From: Yuukianura sp. NJ FZ-2021
Lineage: Eukaryota
Reading direction: 5' to 3'
Assembly (NCBI GenBank): GCA_046563655.1
Contig: CM102290.1
Span: 12,710,001-12,774,000 of the forward strand
DNA: 64,000 nt
Shown: positions 53,941 through 64,000 of the stretch, piece after piece
Layout of the letters: each line of letters starts with the position of its first letter
Numbering within the stretch: position 1 is the first letter of the stretch
Translations under genes and position numbers: made by a program
The notes under the pieces: model-generated
What the model was told of the DNA's origin: nothing
The model's input: the letters and a program-made list of their open reading frames with translations, nothing else
Databases searched by the model: none

Positions 53941-56129
53941 TCTGACTAGAAATGTTCACAGCGAATTTGACCAACTCAAAGAACTCAAAGCACAAAAAGT
54001 CCTAAGATTACCTAACATAAGAAATTTCTTTCGAAACTTTTCAGTTGATCAAATTGATTTTGAACCTTTTCTGTTGATGTATTTCATTTCGATCTAATCG
54101 TATACGCCAATCTCTTCGTACTCCACCGAGTGCGGCGCAACAGTCGAGAGAAGGTATAACCGTAAAGTGGTAAAGGGATAATGGGGAGGCTCTGTGCTGA
54201 CGAAATATTCCGTTGCCTAGATACGGAAGTGCGAATTTGTGCAGGAGGCTTTATCTAAAGTGGAATGGTGAAAAATTCCGTCATCATCATGAGAATTCTA
54301 ATAGGAGCCTTGGAAACTTTGTTCAACTCGTGCTGTGAATATATTAAGGAGACAGGAATCCAGAATTATCGGGATGTGCCAGTACTAGTTCAAGAACACT
54401 CTAACACTATTCATGCATATCCCAGACGCACCCAAACCATAGTTGCGAGTGTATCGGTTGAGGATATCCTCATTCTAGTCCTCAAATTTTCAAAAATTTT
54501 CAACCAAATTGTAATTCGGCCTGACGGAATTTGAGGATTTCACAGCGGGACGCCACTTTTTTTTCCAGCGTGCTCCGCTCCGTTGCTAATTCCCGGTGAA
54601 AGTAAAGAGAAACGGAGAAATTTTTGAAGGAATTAGGTGTAGTAAGCAAGACTTAAGCAGAGTTAGGATTTGGTTAGGATTAGGCTCAACCTTTAGTTTG
54701 GCCGTGCTGTCACTCCTATTTAAGAAGTACCTCTAACGTTAAGGGCCCCTGGAGTGCTCTACAGTCCTGTAATCAGGAAACCTTAACAAGAAAGTCCTTA
54801 GATATTATCATCAGAGGAGCCGTACTTTCACCATTCTCCTACTCTACAGTCAGAATCACCTTCACACCATACCGAGGTTTTTACGACGTTATAGTCCAAC
54901 CTGGCAAAAACCTCGTTAGGTTTAACCCTACCTTAACGTACAAGTTAAGAATTGAAGCGTCTTGATTCTCATCAACCCAAATTAGCGTCTTCCTGCAGTG
55001 GCAGCGTATCTTCCGAATTCAGTTAACCTCACAACTAACACTCAACTTTGTAATGAGGTTTTATTAGAGGCTGTTCTAAGGGAAAGTAGAGGCCCTTTGC
55101 CAAACTATGTGCTCTGCTCCACCTCAAATGGTAAAAGTTGGGCCGAGGGAGGGTTCGATGATGGGGCTGGTCGTTATTCCTGCCTTGCTCCTTCCCAAAT
55201 TAAATTTACATCCATAAATACCAATTACTTCGCACTCTCTTTAGGGTTTCTGGACCAAAAGTGGGCCGCTGCCATAATTGAACCATTTCGAATTTCCCGC
55301 TCTCTTGGATATACATGCAGTTGAAAGGGAATGGAGCTGCGTTGGAACGTTGGAAGGAAACATGACGACCAGTGTCGCTGCCAAAACTCCGCCTCCAAGC
55401 ATACATTATTAGTACTACTCCCAAAAACCTCTCTGTCAACCAAATCCGTCCAGAATGACTTGGAGAAGAGCATTATACGCTCTTGAGAGAAAGAGAAAGA
55501 GCGGGAGAAATTTGAAAAATATTTTGGCGCCCTTTGCCTCCCCACTCGTCTTGAACCCATTTTGACAAACCAATGGGAATCCAAAGCCAATTTTGACTAA
55601 GGAAAAATACTGATTAGACCTTCATTTCCGCTGCTCCTTTGTTGAAAAGGAAATTTCCTGGAGGGAGAAAGTCAATTGTGAGAGGAAGGAGGACGTGAGG
55701 CATAGATTTTGATGGCTTTTGATGATATCAGAGATTTAAGCGTAAAGTAGGAGGAGCAGCAGCGCGTGATAGGATCGACGCCAATTCCTTCATTTCCGTA
55801 AGTCATTCATGTCCTGTTCCAATTCATAATTCAACTTTTCAAAGAATAAGGAGAGACTTGGGCTTTCTCCGTCCCTGGAACGTTCTTAGGATTAGGACGA
55901 TTGCTCCTGCAAAACTTAGGACCAGCGGCCGTGCAATCTACAAATTTCATGTCCACGCGCCCTTTCTCTCAAAGACTTTTTCAACGACGAAGCCTAGAAG
56001 TGCTTTCGTTCGGTTCCCGGACGCTCATGGACGCTCATTTGATCAACGATTAAGCAATCTAACTTAAGTCTGTCCAAAGCTGAGCGTATCCATGTTTGCT
56101 GTGTCCATAAAGGACGGTACAGTAGTGTA

Positions 56130-56351
56130 CAAGGTTCCTTGACAACTGAATTGTATTTCCTACAACAGGTTGTCCAATAACTCAGGGTTTTCAAAAATCT
56201 TTCTTCAAACAACTTTTAGCACCAATCCGAATTAGATTACATACAAAAAATTACAATAGAAAGGCAGATTTGCTACTTTCAAACAACTTCTAACCTCGAG
56301 TTATTGGACAACCTGGTGTAGAAAAAGTTTTCGATTTGTATACGAACCTTG
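56130..56351. mobile_element. CAAGGTT-MITE subfamily A
   Basis: TIRs, perfect subterminal IR; TSD GTAGTGTA/GGAGTGTC. Confidence 0.9.
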
Positions 56352-59300
56352 GGAGTGTCCGTCCTTAATGCTAGAGTTAAATATGCCTTACATAAAGTTA
56401 GGAGTGAAGATGACTGTGAATAAAGGTGCGCATAAGTGAGCGTCCGGAAGTGTCCTAGGACTGTACCTTTGGAGCTGAATTCCCAGCCAACACTTTAAGG
56501 CCGTTGGCAAATTGCCACTTGCTACTCCGTTCCGCACGCATTATCTTTCATGTTATTCAGGAGATGACAAGTGGAAATGGACCAGAAAGAAGATCACTAA
56601 CACTCGCAGCATCTCCAGCATCTCCATGCAGGTAGCATGGAATTTAACTGCTCTTTGGAAATCCATTTATGTTCAGAGCGGTTCAGACGAAAACTCTACT
56701 GGGAAAAGCTGAAATTTCTGAAAAGAGAATTTTTTTTTTTAATTAGATTCATAAACGGACAATTGTGCTTGAACGTTATTTAGGAGACAGAGTTGAGCTG
56801 AGAATGCGCAGAAGCCATAAATTTTGTGATTTTTGTGTGCAGCAGGATGATGCATTAGGCCTTCAGATTGAGCGATTTGTTTCACACGTTTGGATCATAA
56901 CTCAAATAAAGTTGGCAATCGTTCTGCAATGAAAATGGGCCATACCAGGATTTCAGAAATCCCGAAAACAAGATCAAGAAAATTCCAAGATTTTGAAATT
57001 TTTCAAAAACTTGTAAAATTTCAAAATGTAACTTGCAGCCCAATCCAACTTTCTTTCTGAGTCACAATAATCCGCAACTAGCTCGTGCTTTAAAGTTTTC
57101 AGTTTAGTTTTGATTGTTTTGGTTTTGGCCGTTTTTGCTTTGATTATTTGGATTTTGGCCGTTTTTGGTTTTAGCCATTTTGGTTATCAAAATTTTAGTT
57201 TTCTACTATTTAGTTTTGACCAGCATAACGTTAGCAGTTGCTTACAAACTAAATGTGCTGTTGGTTATGTTATAAAGTTAGTAGAAAAGTAAACTTTGAC
57301 TAAAACTACTTAAGAGTTACTCAAAATTTAAGCCTTCAACACACTTTTGGATAGGATTACAGAGTGTGTGTGAGTGTAATTTTTTAATCGGTCCATGGTT
57401 GAGTGAAATCTTGCTAAAGTTGAACAATTTGTAAAGTATTTTGGGTATAACCGCCTTTATTTTAGACAGGACCCAGTGGATACATCCAGAGTTTAGATTT
57501 GAAGTTTTTCCAAGACTTTGGCCTAAGTTTGAAAAGGAGAAAATTAATTTGAGCCTCTTTGTGTTAAAATGTACAGACTTTGGGGGAGATAAATTAAGTT
57601 TTTCCTTTTATTCAAACTTTTGAGTTAAGTATTTTTCCAAGTGAAGAAAGTTGAGTCAGTGAAAAGGGGAGAGTGAGATAAGTCCTTTGAACCTTCAGCC
57701 TAACATAGTTACTCCCTCCGCCCTTCGTTTTCTGCCTACACCATTGGCGGTACTGTTCAAACGACTAAGTCTTAAGCCCAGTCAGTTTTGTTCAAACAGC
57801 ACGATCTGTTCTAAATACTTGTGGGGAAAGGAGATTACCAGATTACCAGAGCTCCCTTTCTCTTTTTAAACTTTCTAATTCCGCCAACTTTCTGTGCCTA
57901 AATAATTTGGACAAAGTTTTGGTTTAGAGCCGAGTGCCAAGGCTCTTCTGCAGTTCCTGTTGACAACTGCCTTTCATCGTACAGAAAACAAGTGAGTCTA
58001 GCCGCTGGGATTCACTTCCGCTGGCTCTACCTGCAGGAAACCGGATCTTCACTTCATAATCTCTCTTTACACAAAACTTCACAAAAGAAGAGACATGGCT
58101 GTCCAAAAGATTCCACTTTTGGCCATCTCAACTTTGTTTATAAAGAAAGTCCCGTTTCCGAAATCCAAAATTTTATGAAAATAATTCATCTTTTATAACT
58201 TTCTTAAAGGAATTTGGAAAGTTGACTTTCATAATCTTAAGTTTTAAGTGTTTTTTTTCAAAATTCACCATCTTCAAATTAGAAAAAATTAGAAATTGTT
58301 TGAATTTGGTTCATAAGGTTTTGTTATTATGAGAATTTACAGAAGTAAACAACTGTTATGTGTTAAGTAGTGTAGCTGAATTTTACATTAACAGAAAAAC
58401 AAAGAACTTAAGCCGGTTAATGTCAATTGAACAAAAGAAAAACCACAACCGCTAAATGATCAAAACCAAGCGCCGTTTGCGCCAATTAAATTTGAGTCAA
58501 CAAAGTTAAACTGCGCTTCCAAAACTCCAGGGAAAAACAAAAGAAAAGAGTCAATTGGCGTCTGGCCATAGTATTGCAAACGAGGTCAACAGCAAAGGTC
58601 ATGCAACTTCTAACGCTGTCTTGTTCAAGTGAACAAGGAAAAAATTTCAAGTAACACTAAAAATTAATTAGCATTTGAAAAAACCAACTTTCCAGTTTCA
58701 GTTTTTCGTTTTTTATTAAGTATTTTTTACAATAACGAAAAAGTACAGAAACGTTTTTGTTAAAAAAAAAAGTTGAGAAAAATCCCCAAAAGGCGACGCT
58801 GGTAATACAAGAATGTAAGTTGATTTTTTTTATAACTACTGTGTAAATGTTCAAATTTCGGTCAAGTTTCGATTAACGAAAGCTTTGAAGTTGAAAATTT
58901 GAATCTTATTTTGAAATCATAGAGTGTGTGATAGAACATTTGGAAATTTTAGGTTTTGGATGTTGTGTGATGACTGCGTTTGGCTGGAGGACGGATGTCT
59001 GTGAGAGAATGAATTAATGTTGAAATTATGGCCAGAGGAGGTTGATGTACGTTGATGAAAAGTATTTAATTAATGAAATTCCCAAAATCCTTCCTCTCCA
59101 GCAGCGGAAGGCTTTTTATCCGCCCACTTTCCAACCAGAGTCCAAAGAAATGTTGTCTGTTGGGCCGCTTCAGTTAGACGAGTCAACTGAAGTTAAAAGC
59201 CTAGTCGTTAGTTGAAAAGCGGAAATCGAGTTTCAAATGTTCCCTCCGCCACAAGGCTGGTATTAGTTGAAAAACGGGAGTATGATTCTCATGTGACCAG

Positions 59301-59707
59301 CACAGAGAAGCTGGATGCTGAGTAAAAGGCGGGAGAAAGTCAGCACCGTTTTGGTCTGCCTGGCAGGAGCTCTCTGCGTTCCCAGCAGAAGATGAATGCT
59401 TTCTCTAAAGCGAAAATTCATTCGATATCGACCCTTGTACCCATTTACTATGTTCTATATTCCAGACCTACGCAAAAACCACCATGTGCTTCCAGTCACT
59501 CTCACTTACACTTCCATATCCACAGTAAAACCAAAACAGCCTCCGACTCCAACGTTTCTTAACTTGTCTACTTTCCATATTCTCTCAGTTTTCAAAACGA
59601 GATGCTCATGATTTACTTCTTTTTTGTTTCAGCAGTCAAACTGCTTCAGCAGAACCCGCGTGACCTCACTGACCTGCTGAATTCAAGTAACCTCGATCGT
59701 GAGCCAG

Positions 59708-60016
59708 CAAGGTTCGTCAATAAGAAAATAGTTTTCACTTTAACGGGTTAGGCAATAAGTCGCTTGTTTATTTTTTCATCCCAAAATTTCAAAAACGAAG
59801 GGACAAGCACGGCGTTTCTCGTTTCCTGTGCAATTTTTGTAAATCTAATTTTTTTTTCCATTCATTTTGAACGTTCAGTTTGGTGCAAAGGTTTACATTT
59901 TTGCACAAAAAGGGCAAAACATGGGTGAAACAAAAGTTTGTGGAGAGATTTTCTGATAGCGGCACTTATTGCCTAACCTGTTAAAGAAATTCTATTTTGT
60001 TGTTATAGGAACCTTG
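59708..60016. mobile_element. CAAGGTT-MITE subfamily D, ending 91 bp upstream of the K2P ATG
   Basis: TIR CAAGGTTC/GAACCTTG; subterminal IR TAACGGGTTAGGCAATAAGT/ACTTATTGCCTAACCTGTTA; perfect 9-bp TSD GTGAGCCAG. Confidence 0.92.
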
Positions 60017-60107
60017 GTGAGCCAGCGTGATCTCCAGCTTAGGAGCTTTCACCACCAACAACTGTAGCTCATCCATAGTGACATCACAGCCCAATTGACC
60101 TCGGACA

Positions 60108-60753
60108 ATGACTTTGCGCCGAGTTGACCCCCGTCCGAACAGCCAGTACTGCAGTGAGGACGGGGTTGAGTTTTCTCTGCCCGAGGGCGTTGACCTCGTC
60201 GGAATCGACAGCAAAAGTACTCTACGAAAACCCTGCTCATCCTACCAGCAGCATCACCATCAGAACCAGCATTCTTCCGCTGGCAATACGCCCTACCGAC
60301 ACAAACCGCCCAAATGGAAGTCCGCCCTCAAGCTCATCCTGATTAACCTCTTCGTGTGCTTCCTCGTCCTCGGCTACGCCTTAGCCGGCTCCTTCGTTTT
60401 CCTGGCCCTTGAAGGTCAGAGCAAAGGGGGGTCCCTGCAGGGACTAAGGGCCTCTGCCTCCACGCCCAAGCGAAACAACCTCACTCTTGCCCTCTGGAAC
60501 TCTCTTCAGTCAGACGAAGTGCAGCAACTGAAGAACGACACTGTGCGGAACATATGGGACATCACATTGAGCATGAACATTCTGTACCAAGACAATTGGA
60601 CACGCCTCACTGCAGACGAAATTGCAACTTTCCAAAGGACCTTCATTGAGAAGATTCTCCAAGTCCTCGACACTTCCAACACGAATGAAGTTCAGTACGC
60701 CTGGACTTTTCCACGAGCTTTTCTCTTTGCCCTCACCACTCTCACTACCATTG
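60108..60753 (+). CDS. Two-pore-domain potassium channel (K2P, invertebrate TWIK/TWK-like), first coding exon: N-terminus, TM1, cap, pore helix 1
   Basis: TM1 LILINLFVCFLVLGYALAGSFVFLALEG, cap region NILYQDNWTRL, pore helix/filter WTFPRAFLFALTTLTTIG. It ends at the phase-1 donor ATT G|GTAAGC within the T-I-G-Y-G filter. In-frame TGA at 60096 upstream supports ATG 60108. The next exon was not found in the window. Confidence 0.93.
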
Positions 60754-61024
60754 GTAAGCGCTGGACTATTCAAATTTATGAACAAATGATTTTTTTTAAA
60801 CTTAAAAAGTTTTTTTTTATCAAAAACCATAACTTCACCGCTCTATGATGTTAGCTTACTAAAATGCAGCTCAAAATCGTAGTTGGAAATTCGATAGTTA
60901 AGATTTTCAACTTCTAAAAATTTGTAAATTCAAATGGACATGGCCCCCGCGATTTCAAAATGTCATCACGTGACATAAATTTTAAATTGTGAAAGTTTTA
61001 TTCTTCTTACTTCTTGGTGAATTC

Positions 61025-61291
61025 CAAGGTTCCTTGACAACCGAGTTGTATTTCCTACAACAGGTTGTACAATAACTCGCGGGTTCAAAAATCTTGCATC
61101 AAACAATTTTTCCCCCAATTTTGTTTTCAAACTAATTCACGTAGGAATAAAAAAAAAGTGGACAAAAGTTAAAAAAAAAAATTCAGTCATAGAAATGAAG
61201 GCGAAGGTTGTGCGCTGTTGCGCAGGTTGTGCGCTGTTGTGTATTGGACAACCTGGTGTAGAAAAAGTTTTTTCTTTGTTTACGAACCTTG
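61025..61291. mobile_element. CAAGGTT-MITE subfamily A (long form) with satellite-like filler, in the K2P intron
   Basis: TIRs; perfect 8-bp TSD GTGAATTC. Confidence 0.92.
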
Positions 61292-63777
61292 GTGAATTCT
61301 GTGTCTGTTTCTAAAATGACATCCGTATTATCGCCAGAGTTTTAATATTTACCTCAAAAACTAATGAAATCAAGTTTACAATTAAAAATTTAAAATTAAG
61401 AATTTAAAATTTCAATTCAAGAATTCGTTTTTTTTTCACATTGGTCATCAATCACGTGACTGAGTATCGATTTTTAGGGGAACGCTGTTTTCCCTAATTT
61501 TGGAAAAGCCGGTGGATCGATAGAATTCTGTCGGCCAATGCTGGGCGCATTTCTAAAATGACTTCTGCAGTAGTAGTCAATTGCGAGGGAGTTAGAAAAG
61601 CTGAAGTTTTCTTAAAAAAAAAACGTGAAAACTGAAAGCGTGGAGGTCACTTAGGGCCTGTAGGGACACCGTGGCTAGAGGGGCTCCGGAGAATGAAATA
61701 TTGGACTTGGGTTGAGAAATGACTCTTGAAGATTTTCCTGGAGATCCTCTGCCTCTCTTTAAAATGACGATTTGTCTCCTCTGAATGTAGGAAGAAGGGA
61801 GCTAACGTATAAGTTCTGGTTAGGTTAGGTGTTTTGCTTCGAGAAAAGTTGAAGCGGAAGTGGACCTACGGAGACCTATTAGAGAGAGACTGCAAGACGG
61901 AAGGGACATAAAAGTAATTTCTCCATTGATCTCTTAGACCTCTCCCCATCCTGACAAGGGACCCACTTTTCACTGGTACGAACAAAATTTGGACAAAAGT
62001 GAAGGAAAAACTCCCGTTTTAACACTTTTTTTCAATTCAACTTTAATTCACAAAATGATCCAAATTTAGTTCGCTTGTTCCTCTTCACAAAAACTTTCTT
62101 TTGATGGTCAATCACTGGCAGGCATGCGCAGATAAAGTTCTGAACAATGGCTCATCATCACCTTACTTTTCCTAAGAATGCAATTGGAAACCAAAAAATC
62201 TTATTGAAAGTTAGTCCGACTCAATTTTTCAATTTTTTTGAACAATTGAAAAATTTTTTGCTCAAACTCTCTAATGTCTTTTTATGGCACAGTCCTTTTT
62301 TTTTTTTGGCAATTTTGGTAAAGTTACTGGAAATTTTTTGATTTGCTGAAATTTATACTAATTTTGGTTAATCTCGTTGAAATGTTTTTCAATTTGGTCC
62401 AAAATTTGGCAAAAATTTATTGCTAACCAAACTAAACGACCAAATTTTTGTTGGAATTAAGGTCTCTAAATAACGATTTGGTTGAAGTTGAGTTGGCAAA
62501 GGGACTTTGGTTGTTTAGAATTATTGGACGTGGAATAGTTACTCGAAGCTCTCAAAACGTCTGTGCTCTTGCCTATTATTTTTATGGTTGTGGACGCTTT
62601 CTCCTTAAATTAAGAAGGAAAATGAGTATTGGTGGAAGGGCGAAATAGGGAAATAGGCGGTGTAAGCACTTTTCACTTCATTTAACACGCACAAACCAAC
62701 TTCCCATACTTATTTTCTCCACTTTTGTGTGGGAGGTCGACGAAAGCCTCAGCCTTCGGCTTTAGCATTCCTTGAAATGATTATGGCAGCAGATGAAATG
62801 GAAGAATGGGCTATCTCTTTTACCACCAAAATTGGCGGTAACGACGGATTTTCAATTTCAAAACCAAGCTGCTCAACATTTCCCGCACTTTTTTTCTTGG
62901 TTTTAAACTCATGCTATCACGGAGACCAATATAAACTAGCATTATTTTTTGAAAAAGTGAGTGAAATGTTGGTTTGAATTTTTTTAACCAAAACTTTTTC
63001 AGTTTGAGAAAGGACATTTCAATTTGCCAACTACAAACAGTTTCAGTTGCTGTAAAAATATGCGCCTGCGTGTCCTGGGGCCATGAGCATAATAGAATAG
63101 ACTCGTCGTGTCTAAAGTGGTGCTCTTCATTTCTACTTAAGTGCCACTTAGCCCAGTCAAATCCCATCTCCCCGCGGCGTTTTAAACTTAAACGGCCTCA
63201 ACTTGTGGTTTGTCAGAGTCGTCAACGGGTAATAAGAACCTTCGTTCCAGGCTGCATTTGAAGTGGAGCGGATTTAAGTCCAGGAGGGAACCGCAGGCGA
63301 CATTCCTTGAAACGAACGCGACTCTCCACTTTCTCGAAAGCTTCTGCCAACAACCCACCATTTCCACCTAGTTATTCTTGCACTTAGGAACTTTAGAAAG
63401 TAAAACAAGTGTTCTCACAATCAGTTATAGTCCTACTAAATGTCTTTGGCACAATGAAAACACCACAGTATTATTCTTCCACCACACTATTGACATTTCA
63501 AACTTCCTTGCTGCAAACTAAAAGGTCCTAACATACCCGGGACTTTTTTGACGGACACTTCAGTACAGTTGTAAGTACGGAATAGAAATGGCTCCGTCAA
63601 GGACAATACATTGCCGGACACTTAAGCACGGACTTTTAAGGCCCGCGAGCCTAGTGGACATCAGTTTATGCACCGAGGACATTATGGGCACGAATTTATG
63701 TATGTACGTAGTATATTGTGTAGGCTACAGACACAAATTTTAGATATTTGGAATACATTCTAGTTTAGGTTTATACG

Positions 63778-64000
63778 CAAGGTTCCTTGACAACGGAATT
63801 GTATTTCCTACAACAGGCTGTCCAATACCTAACTCAGGGTTTGCAAAAATCTTGCTTCAAACAACTTTCAGCACCAATCCCGTTTATATTACATGCAAAA
63901 AGTACATAGAAAGGCAAATTTGCTACTTTCAAACAAATTTTAAAAGTTCGAGTTATTGAACAACCTGCTGCAGAAAACGTTTTCCTTTTGTTTACGAACC
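63778..64000. mobile_element. CAAGGTT-MITE subfamily A (last bases cut by window end)
   Basis: Left TIR, both subterminal IRs, ends ...TTTACGAACC. Confidence 0.9.

Noticed and set aside
6200..59600. Numerous 60-170 aa ORFs in the track (e.g. 8396, 13261, 27121, 45208, 50345, 54998)
   Set aside because: No recognisable domain, often non-ATG starts, AT-biased composition or overlap with MITEs. Small exons cannot be fully excluded.
60754..60848. C-terminal part of ORF 60108-60848 (KRWTIQ...)
   Set aside because: Intron read-through after the GTAAGC donor.
63721..63740. AG|GCTAC as the next K2P exon
   Set aside because: Would give G-Y-R rather than G-Y-G, and lacks a polypyrimidine tract.

Overview
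AT-rich eukaryotic genomic DNA, probably from an invertebrate/arthropod (inference); it is not prokaryotic. Two spliced genes point away from each other at the window edges. On the minus strand are the first two coding exons of a nucleoredoxin-like gene (3568-3430 and 2606-2359, splicing in frame). On the plus strand is the first coding exon of a two-pore-domain (K2P/TWIK-type) potassium channel (60108-60753). The ~56 kb between them has no coding exon I can support. The window is densely colonised by non-autonomous DNA transposons: 21 copies of a CAAGGTT...AACCTTG MITE clan in four subfamilies, with 8- or 9-bp target duplications and subfamily-specific subterminal inverted repeats. There is also a TIR element carrying a 19-bp CpG-rich minisatellite, other TIR elements and several tandem repeats. 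I found no transposase, CRISPR, rRNA or intact tRNA, and no clearly new multi-gene system. The most notable signals are the MITE architecture, a satellite fragment captured inside one MITE, the SxxS nucleoredoxin domain and an apparent excess of paired AGGTCA nuclear-receptor sites.
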